This document shows, piece by piece, positions 13,591 through 27,868 of a DNA stretch of 64,000 nucleotides; position 1 is the first letter of the stretch; every line of letters begins with the position of its first letter. The stretch is from Octopus vulgaris (taxonomy: Eukaryota), in contig OX597818.1 of assembly GCA_951406725.2 (NCBI GenBank), forward strand, positions 85,126,001-85,190,000, written 5' to 3'. The notes under the pieces were generated by a model. It was not told the DNA's origin. It saw only the letters and a program-made list of their open reading frames with translations, and did not search any database. A program made the position numbers and the translations under genes.

Positions 13591-14664
13591 TGCCGGCATA
13601 GAGAGCGGCGGTAAATTGCAAAGTATAAGCCGTAGCTATGTTTAGCCTCAACAGTCAGTCGCACTTACTACTCTGACTACTACTACTACAACCATCGCTA
13701 CTACTACGACTACTACTACTACTACCATTATTACTACAATAACTATCACTACTACTACATTTAGGTCTTGAAGTTAAACAGTTGTCACTGAGTAAAGTCA
13801 CCGACAGTTGTGTAGACCCTCAGTAAGAGAAGCTAGTCTTTAAAAGAAGGCGACGAGAGAAAGTTCGTTTCAAAACTTTGGACGCCCACTATACCAGACT
13901 AGGGCTGGCTTTCTCTTTACTTGTTCTTTGATTTATAAATAATTTATTCAATTAATGAAATCCGAAGGAAAAATCTCCGAACAAAGCAAGAATCGAAACC
14001 CTGCCAAACAGGAGGAGAGGATATTATATTAATATATATAATTATATATTTTGTATCTTTTAATTTTCGTGGGATTTACCGCGTTGCTGATGTGTTTTTT
14101 GTGTAAGTAGAAAAGAAAAAAAGTTATCGTTTTCTTTTTATTATTATTATTATTATCTTTATTTAAGCAGAAATTAATCAAATTTATATATATTAAATTT
14201 ATGTATGGTCGAGTGCGCTTTACGAAATTCTTTAGTCGAGCATATATATACACACACACACACGTGTGTGTGTGTATAATCGTTGTTTTAATCCCATTAT
14301 TAGTGAAATGAGGCATTGTTTTAAAGTGAATAAAAAGCTTTATCTTAAATATTATACGTAAGTACTCTTAAATTACTCTGCCTTCGGTCAAAATTTATTT
14401 GTTGTAGAAGAAAAAAGAGAAAGTGTTTAAAATCCATCGAACGTGTAACAAGTACTAAGTTATGTGTAAATATATCTAGCAAAACATATATACAGATAGG
14501 TAGATGCTACAGGTCCTGTAAGAAGTACTTCATCTCAAGGTACAATGCTTCTTTCGGGTCTCCTTCCTAAAGTATGAGTCTTTAAATGTATGCAAATATT
14601 TTCTGATTTCTCTGGAAATTAACGAACCACAGATAGATAGTCCTGTCTTTCGTAGGACCTATAC

Positions 14665-14871
14665 CAGCGATCCTTAACTGCGGCTCTTAAGGCCTCATGC
14701 AACCCTTCAAACACCCATCCGGCGGCCCCCGATTATCTTCTCTCTATAAATTTGATATATTTTTCTTTAATTGACTTGTGTTTTATTATTTTTTTTTTGT
14801 GCGGATTCCCCAAAAGAAATCTAGGGTTAGGATCTGACCTGGATAATAAATAAAAAGGTCGAAAACCACTG
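14665..14871. mobile_element. Degenerate hAT-type MITE
   Basis: Ends cagcgatccttaact / ggtcgaaaaccactg resemble hAT (Charlie-like) TIRs; TSD not well preserved. Confidence 0.5.
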
Positions 14872-14913
14872 CCATATCACACATACCTATTTACTTACGT
14901 ACCTTCCCATCTG

Positions 14914-14955
<42 letters not shown>

Positions 14956-16059
14956 CAGTGTTGTACGCAAATATATCTAGCAAAATAACTGCAGAACCAC
15001 ATATAACACACAAACAGGTCCTTCATCTCTGGGGACGAGGCTTTCTTAAAGTATGAATGAGTTTTAAATATATGCAAACATTTTCTGTGGTTTCTAGAAA
15101 TTCGTAAACCCCACCCTACAGGTACCCCGTACACAGTCTCTTGTAGATCCTACAGACATACATATATATCTAGTTGTCCAGAAAGTTTTCGTAAGTCGGC
15201 ACTCGTATTTTAAGTAATAGAGAGGGTATATTATTTATATAGCATTTCTTGCAAGTGTAGAAGGGCAATGCACACACACACACACATACACACACATAAT
15301 GCCTATACACAAACATAAAGTCGTTTGGTGCCGCTACGACTGGGGTGTGTTAAATGACTTTTGGATGTTGGATTATTGATATTTTTGTCTTTATATGTTT
15401 TAATATACTTCGATATATTTAACACTTTTTCTTTCTCTACTTGGTAAACCGAAATGCAATCACAAATAAAACGAAAGAAAGAAAAAAAAAAAACTCAGAA
15501 ATATTCGCAATTCTTTCCCGAAAGAACAAGAGATTCACGGTAGTAGAAGGGGAGGAGGCGAATCCGAAACTCCGCCGGGGAGGAATTTAGCATTTCATTT
15601 AAATACCATAAATAATAAACTAATTAAGCCATGTTTAATTGGCATTCTTAACTAGATAAAATATAACGACAAACTACTCGTTATATACCGAGCATTATAC
15701 AAGTCTCTGGAAAAAAATTTGTAAAATCAAGTTTTACTTAATATATTAATTAAAACAAATTAAACGCAGCAGTCATTAAATCATTTGAGATCCTCCTGTT
15801 GATTTTGCTTTCCTAAATTATTTTCCTTCTCTCTCTTTCCATCTCTCTTGCTTTTAATCTAAATGGGGGGTGGTGGGTGTAAGTGGCTTTTTGTTGGAGC
15901 ACCGTGCGTCATCATAGTTAAACAAAATGTGTATACTTGCTGGACACCTTGGTCTTAATAAAACGAGTATATGTTTCTACACAGGTATCTGCTCGTTCAC
16001 GTTTTATAATGTATATGTAAGCTGGTCACTGTGCATGCACTCACAAACAACGCTATAAG

Positions 16060-16310
16060 CAGTAGCTGTTGTTTAGCCCCAGGTCAGTCTTAATCAAGCT
16101 AGCCTATGATCAAAAGGTATTTCTGCTGCGGTTATTTACTATTTTAGTATAATTGCTTAGATATTGTCCATTGTGTCCTTCCATAGCTTATATTTTTTTC
16201 TCTTTCATAAATTTTTTTTTTTCAAGATCGTAGGCTGTGTAAGTTTAGGAAATTTAGTTGCTATTTCTTGCGCGCCGAACGACCGATCAGAAGTTCCCTC
16301 GTTGGTTCGT
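16060..16310 (-). mobile_element. Repeat family C (SINE-like, (CAA)n tail)
   Basis: gttgtttagccccaggtcag...ctatgatcaaa...aaatttagttgctatttct; related pieces at ~1660-2000, 4850, 31020, 31780 and 60420-60650. Confidence 0.6.
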
Positions 16311-16954
16311 ATAAATGCATGTACAGACATACACACTTGCACTGATATTGTTAGATATGCTAATACAGACGCAGCACACACTGTTCTTTGCATATTTAAA
16401 ACTGTTGCTCGTATTCTCAAACTATGAAACCAATTCTTACACACAAGTAGGCGTGTGTGTGTATATTATACGCACACACTTGTTTCTCTTGACCCTTACA
16501 CCCGCTGAGAAGGACCAGTCATTCCATTTACACACATACACATATACTGCTATTTCTTAGATCTGCATTCATGCAGAGGGCTCACTTATTCAACACATGC
16601 TATTTCTTTGCATACACATTTTGTGTATGCGCTCGCTGTTATTAACTTTAACCCGCGTACTCGAAGAATTCACTCAATACATGCACGTACACCTATTTCT
16701 TTGACCCACAACTAATGAGGGATCACTCAACTCGGACAGACATACGAATACCGAAATATACTCACATAGTCTGACATAAACACATGTTCATAACCTGATA
16801 CCAAGACATAGGAAACTTATTTCGTTATAAAGATAGTACTAGATTTTCATTGTGTGTATGTGTATACATTATCATTTTATGCGTTTCAGCCCAAGAGCAT
16901 ATATATATGTGTGTGTATGTGAGTGTGTATAAATATATAAAGTATATATGTATA

Positions 16955-17106
16955 GGCGCAGGAGTGGCTGTGTGATACGTAAGCTTGCTTACCAACCACA
17001 TGATTCCGGGTTCAGTCCCACTGCGTGGCACTTTGGGCAGATGTCTTCTGCTATAGCCTCGGACCACCAAGTGGATTTGCTGGACGGAATCTGAAAGAAA
17101 CCCGTC

Positions 17107-17174
<68 letters not shown>

Positions 17175-17353
17175 TGGTCCACCACCATCGCTTGACAACC
17201 GATGCTGGTGTGTTTACGTCTCCATAACTTAGCGGTTTGACAAAAGTGAACCATAGATTCAGTACTAGGCTTATAAAGAATGAGTCCTGGAGTCGATTTG
17301 TTCGACTACAGGCTGTGCTCCAGCATGGCCGCAGTCAAATGACTGAAACAAAT
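16955..17353 (+). mobile_element. SINE family A (tRNA-derived, CORE-like, internal microsatellite), near full length
   Basis: Head ggcgcaggagtggctgtgtg...gggttcagtccc, CORE-like ctttgggcagatgtctt, internal (TA)n/(TG)n, tail ...cagcatggccgcagtcaaatgactgaaac; many copies in the window. Confidence 0.9.
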
Positions 17354-17512
17354 AGGGTAATATGTGTGTGCATGACATAAAAAGGCTAGGCTGAAAAAGA
17401 GGGTGAATGATGTCGTCTCTTCTAAGGGACCCTATGGATACAAATACCGAAGGACCGCCTGCCTGTGTGTGTGTATATACATGTGTGTATGCGTCTCTCT
17501 CTCTCTCTCTCT

Positions 17513-17547
<35 letters not shown>

Positions 17548-19379
17548 GTGTGTGTATGTACTTGTATGTATGTGTAAACATGTGCTATCATCTCAGGGTA
17601 GTAGATTGGCATAATTGTTGTGTTGAGGGTAAGGGTGACAGGAATTCCATTTTGTTACCGATGAATAAGGTTATATATATACCACCCGAGTGCGTTATAG
17701 TAGTACCCCAGCGGTCCATAATCACTATAACTATAGTTAGATAAGCCGGTATTGGCTGGCGACTTTTCAACCCAAATTGTTTCGCTACAACTGTTGAATA
17801 GGTCGGAAAATTATTTTTTTCATGCGTCGCTTAAGCAAAATAATACTAATAACCTGGTATTACAAACTCGATATGCATATATGATTCAGAATAGTGTTAG
17901 GTGAGTTCAGAGCTTGTAACATGAAGCCCTTGGAAGCTATAAAGTAATGCACAAGTATTCAGTTCTTGAGTTCATTGCATAATTTTCTGTTCGTTTGTCA
18001 ATTTATTTAACAGATGCATGCAAGCGTGTGTGTCAAGGGAAATAATTCAAATGTGCCAATTGCTTGAATTTGGCTAATTAAGTTAAAAGATGTCTAAATG
18101 TTGTACACTATAAATTCTTAATTTATTTAAAATTTTCCTCTTTGTTGGAACTGCACATACTTCCAATGAACACGCAGATGCACACACATACATATATTCT
18201 TTTATTCTCATATATAGATATAAAACGTGCGTTTTGGTACTTTCGGCCCTGGCCATGTCTAACTTAATGTATCATATATGCGTGTTAGTTATGTGTGTGT
18301 TTCTATCTATCTATCTATCATGTTGATGTGATTCAGTGTCGGCTCGCTTTCTACCAGTCCAACGAAGGCTGAGCAAGCCGAAGTCACTGTCACTAATTTT
18401 ATTAAAGGTTAGTAAATATGTACTGTACAAAATATTTTGAGTAATTCTTCAGTTTATTGGAAAATTATTCTAGCAGTGATACCGATAACGAAACGTGTCT
18501 TTTTTCTTCTTTTTATTTTATTATAACGACATTAAAACAAACGTTAATAAGCATGTATGAATGGATGTTGAAAACTGGGAACAGGTGACAGTAAATCGAT
18601 CGGCTTGGAAAGTGATCTACGATAGTTGTAAAACATACGAAACACAGAGTCGGGCACTCCACCTTGAAAACTAACACTTCCTAAACTTATCTTAACTTGA
18701 ATACCAAACACTTTTCTGCTGTAGGACCACTCCGTCCAAAGCCGGTAATGCTGGTCATATGAGATTTCACGATGACATTTACTAACTGAAGTGATCGCCT
18801 TCAGTAAAGTAGCATCAATTACCGTGTGTGTGTGTATATGTATGTATATGTACTATGCCTGCCTTTAATCACAGATCTGTCGAACAGATTTGACCTGGGA
18901 ACTAAAGGACAGTAATATGCTATGATGATGGTGCTAGTGGTGGGGGTGTTACAAAGTCAACTGTGTTATTGGTCCATTCAGTTGTCTATAATTACGAACA
19001 AGAGTAGCCACCAGACTATAGTTTGAAATTGAATGAGGGTTAGGGTGTCATAGCTGTTTTCTTAGTTTTAAGTGCTGATGACACAGTTGTTGTTTAACCC
19101 GGGGTAAGCATTGATGAAGAAATTCCAACTATTGCTGGCGTCCGCCGCAAACTTTTTACTTGTTTCAGTCGCTGGACTGTAGCTATGCTGGTGCACCGCC
19201 TTGGTGGATTTAGTCGAACAAATCGACCTCATTACAATTTTTTTGTTTTCAGTTTTAAAGTCTGATAGTCTTCTGCCGGACCGCTAGGTTACGGAGATGT
19301 AAACAAGCCAGCACCGGTTGTCAAATGGTGGTGGACACACACACACACACACACACGTGTGTGTGTGTTACTGTTTTCT

Positions 19380-19595
19380 GGCCTTGACTGTTCGTGGTAG
19401 TTGTAAATTGGAGCCACCGTCATGCAAGCAGTATCCTCTGCAATCTTCCGGGTAAAACATGTCTGGTTATGGGGAAATATTTCCTTACTTGGAAACAGAT
19501 GAGGGTCGGCGATAGGAAGAAAATCCGCCTCAACACATTCCTTCTGATCCATGAGAGCATGAAAAGGTGGACGCTAAAAAGCTAATGATGATGAT
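19380..19595 (+). mobile_element. Repeat family D: LINE-like 3' tail ending in (GAT)n
   Basis: aaaacatgtctggttatggggaaatatt...ggaaacagatgagggtcggcgataggaag...atgatgatg; also at ~36535, 43830, 47100, 52230 and 55150 (-). Confidence 0.7.
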
Positions 19596-19699
19596 ATCCT
19601 TTCTCCTTTACGGACATTCCCCGCCAGGATTAAGAAGCATTAAGGAAAAATATATTATTCTCAATATTTTCTTGTCTTCGTGTAGCATTTCGTCTTTTA

Positions 19700-20022
19700 T
19701 CTTTTACTTGTTTCAGGCATTAAACTACGCTTAACCTGGGGCACTGCCACGAAGAATTTCAGTACTTATTTTTTAAAACTGGTATTTGCTAAACCGCTAA
19801 GTTACGCTGACGTAAACCCACTAACATCAGCTGTGAAGTCGTAGTGGAATACATGTATATATTAGACTTCTTTCAGTTTCCGTCTACCAAATCCGCTCGC
19901 AAGGCTTTGTTTAGCCTGATGCTATAGTAAAAGACACTTGTCCAAGGTACCAAGCAGTGGGACTGAACCCGTAACCATGTGTTTGGGAAGATAATTTCTT
20001 ATTACACAGCCACGCCTGCCCC
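19700..20022 (-). mobile_element. SINE family A
   Basis: ...cagtttccgtctaccaaatcc...gggactgaaccc...cacagccacgcctgcc. Confidence 0.85.
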
Positions 20023-20831
20023 TGTTGGGAGTGATACAAAAATTTCTCGTGCCCTTCACATGGTAACTAAAAGAATAAAGTTAAGCCTAATTTAAAAAAT
20101 GTAATTATATAATTATTGCTGGCCTTGTTTTATTAATTATACTTGTGTAAAAATTATGAATAGTATATTTTTTCAAGAAACTCAAACATTAATGTAAATT
20201 AGCTAAATCCTTTAATTTATAAAAAATAACTTGTCGCGCACAGTTTGAAAGAAAGCGGATTAAAGTCACTTATTCACTTCCTGGGGCTAATTTATTATCT
20301 TAACAACTCCTATCTAGGGGTACAAGGTCAAAAACATTTTGAGAAAAGGATTGACAGTTACGCTAAGTCAACAGCCATGTCATTTGAACTCGGACCACGA
20401 AGCTTTTTTTCTGATACTTAGAGGAACAGCCACTGAAGTTTGAGAAGAGGAACTTAGGAGATTATATCTGAGGTACTAATAATCTCAGATTATAACTGAT
20501 ATACTAATAACGTTCGACGACGAGGATTCAGTTCGTCAACTTTAATTACCTGCTACAGAATTAATGTAAATAGTAGCTGGCTAGGTATTCCACAGACACC
20601 TGTACTCCTTAACAGAATTCTCCGGCAGAATCAGCATTAATTTTGATTTACGTGTACAATCCATCCGACAATCTTCATTATTGTTTTCGTCCACCCGATT
20701 CTACTTACAAGATAAGGACCATCCCCAAGTTATAACAAATGACGTTTGCTTGCTGCCTTTTCCGGCATACAAGTCGAATTTTTCTTTTCAGTCTAAAATT
20801 TATTGCTAAACGAAAGCTAAGTCGTCTTATA

Positions 20832-21612
20832 TAGAAAGTGCGGTGAATAAACTGTCGTCTAAATTACGCAAAAAATGAAAATGACACTGATACCTCATTT
20901 TAACAGATACATTTACCAAAATTACATAAAAATATCTTGAAATACTAAAGAGTAAACACATTCAAACACATTCAAAGAGTAAACACATTCGCTATTGTCT
21001 TCAACCACGGCCTCCAGACAACTTTGGAATCTCCTGCAACTCTTCTGGACAATCTCCTTGTTTAAGTTGGTGAATGTTGCCTTAATTGTTGCTTTCAGTT
21101 CATCTTTGGTGTTACAAGGAGCTTTGTTGGTCTCTCGCTCAGCTGCATCTCACGCATAATAAATCAAGGGGCTCGCAGTCCGAAGAGTTAGGTGGCGAGA
21201 TGTTAGGGATGATGTGGTCGCAGAAATTGTCTGACAGTCATGACTGGGTTCTCCTGCTTGAGTGATATGATGCAGAGTCCTGTTGCCAGACATAGGGTCT
21301 TCGAGCAGCCATCCTCTTGACCCAGAGCAGCTCTACTTCCTTCAGACACTTGATTTAGACCTCTGTGTTGAGTCTGAGGCCGTGTGGGAAGATGAATGGA
21401 GCCATAACGTCGTCATCACTCCAAACACCATGATGTTGATTGGATGTTTGATTGTTATCACTCTCAGTACAGGTCCTCAGATTGACACCTAAACAATCTG
21501 AAATTTCTGGCAGTGAACTGCGTCATGGTGCTGTTTTTCTCACAGACAGTGCCCAACTGATCCTACCATACTGTGTCATCGACAATGGCGGCAATTTACG
21601 TATCGCATCCTG
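20832..21612 (-). mobile_element. Second defective maT (DD37D) copy with both TIRs
   Basis: Minus strand reads PYVWQQD-(37 residues)-D (…NSSDCEPLD). TIR caggatgcgatacgtaaattgccgcc ends at 21612 followed by TA; a degenerate opposite TIR lies at ~20832-20859. Confidence 0.9.
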
Positions 21613-23730
21613 TATATACGCTACGTCTAGTTAATAGGACCAAAAATTCGGTATGAAATATTGCAGAATTTCGAAAGATAGCAACAATGTTTAAATGATT
21701 AATGTTTACACTATATACATCGACTTGTATTCTGGAAAATACATTAAGATATCACACAGTGTGATTCGAACTTAGTATCTCGTGATCTCGTAGCCGAACT
21801 TCTTAACCGACCGACCGACCACATTCCACCTACAAATAGCCTATGGTACAAAATGGTTAAAACGCCAGGAATTCAATGATTTGAGGTCGTGAAAGAAAAC
21901 CATTTCCTTCATCATTCGTCTGTAATCTAAAAGTCATATAATAGAAGAGAAAATTAGAAGCGTGACGTTTGCCTCTCCGTTACAATTTAGTCTGCATTGA
22001 TTTGCTACTATGCGTCTGTACACTCACACACACACACTAAAATGTAACTTGTACATAGACATACGTGTGTGTGCCAGTTTTGGATAAATGAATAAGCTCT
22101 ACTATGGGCGCATATTGTGTGTGTGTTCTAGTTCCGAATAAATATGTTTTCCTGCATTAAATACGTCGTTTTAATTCTTTCGATTTTAAACTCAAACGTA
22201 TATAGGAGTGTATGTGCACATAAATCTTTTACTAGTTTCTCGTTGAACTGAGGCTATGATGGGAACGACTGGCATGGTGAGAACGTTTGATTATAAAGTC
22301 TTCTGGATTAATCATGAACTGGAGCTAAACAGCAACAACAAACAGCAAGCTCTGATAAAGTACGTTTAAATATGATAGTGCCATATCGTATTGTCTACTC
22401 CCACACTAGTCTACCTACTTTGTTTAATGTTATCGGTGTAGTATTAACCGTGTAGGTTTATTAATATGTGAAACTAGTGCTGTGTAAATATGTCGTGAGT
22501 ACTTACTATATCGTATGTTGTAGTGAATAAAAATGTGGGTTAATCATAGACGAAGTCTGAAGGAGTAAGACAAAAAGTTTGTTTACTTGTCTGTTATCTG
22601 TTATGTGTGTGTCACCTGATCGGGCCGTCGGTGACTAAACCGGCAATCATGCCCTATCCAGCTTGCTTGATTAGGAGCGTGGTTTTCGTTTAACACACTT
22701 GCAGGACGAAAAGCAAAACCCGTGAAAGAGGTAGATGAACTCAGTCAACGACCGTCTAACAGCTAGGAGTGAGAAACTCCTAATTTTTGTTTTGGCATCT
22801 CTCTAAGGAGAAGGAAAATTCTGATGTAACACACGTGACTTCTGTTTGGATCCAATGACTGTAGATTAGTTCGAGGTGGGGGGGGGGGATGCATACGTTG
22901 TTCTGAAAGTGGAACCTGGCTCTGTATTAGGCCTTTCCACATAAAAAAAAAAAAATGCAAAACAATTTAAGGTACAAGCATCGCTTTTTGACATCTCAAT
23001 TATGTTGAACGCTTAAGGCGGCGAGCTGGCAGAACCAAGCACGTCGGACAACGTGTTTGGTGGCATTTCGTCCTTACGTTTCGAGTTCAAATTCCCCCGA
23101 AATCGACTTTGCCTTTCTTCGATAAAACAGGTATCGATGTAATTAACTTAACATCTCCCCCGAACTTGCTGACCTTTTTGCTTATGTATTTCAAACTAGA
23201 TAAATGGGTCTACGCTAATCTATAGGCTTAGATCTGTAATGATTTCATTCACATATATGATTTTTCATATGAACATTAAATCAACCCCAGAACTTTTTAT
23301 CTGCTTAAGATGAAAGGCAAAATTTACCTCGGCGGGATTTGAATCCATGAAATGAAAGTTCGGAACTAATTTGGTATATTGATAATTCTGATTTGGTCTG
23401 CTACTTTTATCCATTTATATATAGACGAAAGAAAGGGGGCAGAGGTCTAGACCCTGCCAAGGAACTCCATTTCGCTCTACATCACTCAAGATGCTTAAAT
23501 TGTAAGCGGTTGTTAAAACGGCTCCAGTACTTGAACTAGTGTTTAATTTTATGGACCCTAGAAGAATAATGGCATATTAGCATCAGAACCGTAGTGGTGT
23601 GGTAAGAAGCTTGCTTTCCAGCCACATGGTTCCGGTTCTATCGGTGTCCTTTTGCCGAACCACTAAGTTACAGGGACGCAAACACCAACACCAGTTGTCA
23701 CGTGGTCGCACACACACACCGGGTTCTTTT

Positions 23731-23835
23731 GGGGATCTTTTCTATTTGGCTGCACTTTTTTGAAATTTTAGAATCATGTGTAAATTTTCAAATTTGGTAT
23801 ATCGATGTAATTTTTCAACGCTGAATCTCATTTTG
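23731..23835. mobile_element. Partial copy of the 28714-29100 TIR element
   Basis: ggggatcttttctatttggctgcac...aaattttcaaatttggtatatcgatgtaatttttc aligns with that element's end. Confidence 0.65.
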
Positions 23836-25404
23836 TTTCCGTCAACTGAATCCACTCACAACGTTTTAATCAGCTCATGGCTATAGAAAATAGATTTGCG
23901 CAAGGTGCCACGCAGTGGAACTGAACCCGAAACCATGGGGTTAAGAAGCAGCCAGGACGACGGCCTTCTCCAGTTTCCGTCTACCAAATTCACTCATAAG
24001 GCATTGGTCTGCCTAGGGCTATAGTAAAAGAAGTTAAAAAAAAAAAGACACAAGCCCAATGTGTTGAGCAAGTGGAACCGACTGAACCTGAAACTGCGTG
24101 GCTGCAAAAGCTTAACCACACAGCCATGCCTGCTCCTACTTCTCTTACCAAAAAAAAAAAAAAAAAAAATGTATATATTTGAGCTTGTGCCAAGAGTTAA
24201 TTAATTATTCAAACTTCTGCAAAATCGTTAGTCATATTTTCCTTTCTCTCAGCTATCACTAAGGTCGTGGTATGTCTAGTTGTTGTACTTAATCAGTGCT
24301 GGATCAGTCACTTAAAAGTCGATGCATATCACTGAAAATATATTAGAAAGCCGAGTAATTTGACGAGCGACTGACTCCATTAAGTCGAAGCAGGTTCTCT
24401 TCTTCACTCCACCGCCAACAACAGTTCCCGACTTTCTACTTTCTTTCAATTATATATATTTTGCTCACTTCACCAGTTTTTGTATTTATTCTGCGCTTGA
24501 ATGTTTTAAGCATATAAATCACGCGCGCGCGAGCACAAGCCCCTCACACACACACACTCGCATATCTTAGGCAATTTCGGTTCTGATTAGCAAGGAGGGC
24601 TCAACCTGGTCACAGTGATATTAAAAAGGCCAGTAAAAGTAAGCATGCGAGTGTGTGTGTGTGTGTGTGAAGTATATAAACACAGTACTTACTCACACAC
24701 AAATGCATAAGCGATTCAGCTGAAAACAAAAAAATAATTAATTTAAAATTTTGTACGGAAATTGCCGAACAATCACTTTCGTTATCCCACTACTTTGATC
24801 GAAAGATAATCAAATAAACCTCAACTTTAGTCGATTTATCCGGCTTTACGTCGATCTCGACAAACATAATTAAAAGCATAAAATATTTTAGACACACTGA
24901 GGTGGAAGATTTAAAAAATGTCTTCGAAAATATGTGCAAATAATTGAAACATTATAGAAACTAATGAGTAAAAAATACTTTTCGAGTTACGTTGCTTTTC
25001 GAATTAAATTGCACGTCCTGGATCCGATTACAGCTGTAGTTAAGGTACGCCACAGTGTCTGTGTTTATATATATGTATATACACATACACACACATGACA
25101 CAGATAAAAGGCTAAATTTTATTTATATGATCTAGGTTTTCTCAGAGTAAACAATAAATATGAACCTCAAACTAGATGACACACGCATAAGGTACACATT
25201 CATACTCTCTATGAATAAATTATAATAGAACTTGTTTCATCCGTGGATTCGTAGTGTATTTCTCTCTCTTTCTCTTTATGGCAGATATATATTGTCTCGC
25301 TGTTTATGGTTGACAGAATGAGAAGATCAGTGGATAAAATTCGTCACAGTTTTTAGACGTGTTCCTTTGCGTTGAGTTCAACGTTAACGCTGTTGAACTA
25401 TTAA

Positions 25405-25761
25405 CGGGCGCAAGCGTGGGTTGTATGATGAAAACTTTTGATTCCCAACCTGGTTTTGGATTCCGTTCCACTGCGCGACACCTTGGGCAAGTGTTTTCCA
25501 CTGCATACAGCTTTGGACCGACCTTGTAAGTGGATCTGGTAGTCAGAAACTGAAAGAAGCCCATCGTGTGTGTATGTGTCCGTGTTTGTTCTTCATCTCC
25601 GCTTGACAACCGGTGCTGGTTTATTTACGTCCCCGTAACCTTGTGGTCCGGCAAAAGATACTGATAGAATAAGTACCAAGTTTTGGGATGGATTTGTTCG
25701 ACTAAACGCCTTATGGCGGTGCCCCAGCATGGCCGTGGCCCAATAACTGAAAGAAGTAAAA
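25405..25761 (+). mobile_element. SINE family A
   Basis: Full head-to-tail match to family A. Confidence 0.85.
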
Positions 25762-27514
25762 CCACATACATACACACGATTTTGAACTTTTAACGCTCGA
25801 ACGATTTTGGCGCTGGATAACAGTTTAATTTTTATTTACTGGTTTATCAGGACGGTGTAGGTGGTGTGTGTGTGTGTGTGTATATATATATACACACACA
25901 CACAATATTCCATGAATTGTGGATAATATATTTACTATTTAGTTGTCAGACTGAAATGAGTGGACTGTTTGCGCCGTCATTTTTCTGTACTTCACGCGCG
26001 TACGAATGCACGTCATTTTATTCAGTTATCCTGTGTGTTCCATGGTATAAAGTGTAGTAAAAATAAAGCTGGATTCAGAGAAGAAAAAAAAGCGACTTAT
26101 TTATACATTTGAATCGTAGATATGGTATTCTGGTGATCTGACGAGTTAACTTTGTTTGCATCAATTTGTGACTATACGATTGTATTGTATGATGCTGAAC
26201 ACACATACGTACGTGTAATTTTGAATACTGTAATTAATAATATTACACACAGCGTTATGTAGGTTACGAAACGGCTGTAATCATATGAGAGTCATATGGA
26301 ATAAATAAAATCTATATTTACCTTTCACGCCTCTTCAAGCTTATATATGGGCCCACGTGAGACACAGCAACTCAACTCTTTCTCTCTCTCTCTCGCTTTG
26401 TATAACTCTCAGTTTTTGAAGACCAAGTACCCTCTTCCGTATGCCCTTCTCCAGTCGAAGGAACACACATCTTACCCAACTACGCCCAAATCTATTGCTA
26501 TCTTCTCTTTCGTCTTTCGAGAATATATGAAAGTTACCTTCATTTTGTTTTAATTTAATTTTGGAAAAAGAGTATATCATCTGCTTCGCACTTTCCCTGG
26601 TAAATTTGTCGGATAAAGAATCATTGGCATTTGTAATTAATTTCGTTCATTCATCCTTTAGTTTCAGCTAGCAGCTCAAATCATTTGCTCCTTTTGACCC
26701 ACGGCCTTTGCAAAATATGGGGTGCTGTTGGTGGTGTTGGTTCGTAGGTTTTTTACAATTTCCATTCTAATTGTTTCTAACTCGATTTTCTTCTTTCATT
26801 GTTGATACTAGTTTCTGCTTGGAGTTCTGACCCGGATGTCTGACCCTCCACTCCACCCCCAAGGTGTCGCTAAACACCTGAAACGATTCTGAGCATTAAG
26901 GGTACTGAATTATTAACAAACTGAATTACTGAAAAAGTGCGATAATTCAAGGCTTAAACTAGTTATTAATTTCCAGCCAAAGATCGATGCAAAAACGACT
27001 ATTCACCAAACCTATTTCACATTAAATATGCTGATAATATCAATATAACATGACTGAATTTTTTTTATTTATCAATTTATCTTAGTATTTTCGTTAAATT
27101 TCTTTAAATATTTCTTATTAGAAAGCAATAATGACTCAAAGGAACGAAGGAATTATTGTTTTAAAATGAAGAAATGTTTTTACTTTTAGAAATTTGATGT
27201 CAGTTAGAATTGGGGTCAATTAGTTATCAATGACATGGAGCGATCACTGGTATAAGAAGTTTGCCGACTCCTAAAATATTAAGATATTCATCCTCGCTAT
27301 TGTCGTATTTAGCTGCTTAAATAGAATGGTAGGGTAACTGCGCCGCTGTTATTATTCAATAGGAGCCTACTCTTTGTTCTTACAATATGCACAACGGAAA
27401 AAATAGCCAACGAAGATCTCTATTTTTACACTAGCAGCTCTCAACATATCAGGCATGATGGTAATTCTGTGAGTGTCATAAAGAAATACTTTATAAAAAT
27501 GCTAATGAGTATCT

Positions 27515-27868
27515 TGTCTTTTACTTGCTTCAGCCAGCTGCCATGCTGGAGCAACAACTTGAAGAATTTTAGTCGAACGAAATCGACCTCACTACCTTTT
27601 TTTTTTCTTTTTAAGCCTGGTACTTGTTCTGCCGGTCACTTTTGCCGAACCACTAAATGTAAACACACAAGCGGTGGGCGTGGGGTAGACACACACAAAG
27701 ATCTATAATATGCGACGGGTTTCTTTCAGTTTCTGTTTACCAAAGGCTTTGGTTGGGCTCAATGATCAAGGGTATAGTAGGAAACACTTGCCCAAGGTCC
27801 AACGCAGTGGAACAGAATCCGGAACCATGTGGCTAGGAAGCAAACTTATTACACACAGTCACGTCTAT
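27515..27868 (-). mobile_element. SINE family A
   Basis: Reverse-complement match to family A. Confidence 0.8.

Noticed and set aside
15971-15990. Second possible ratchet point ctacacAG|GTATCT
   Set aside because: Weak pyrimidine tract, a nearby upstream AG and a poor donor.
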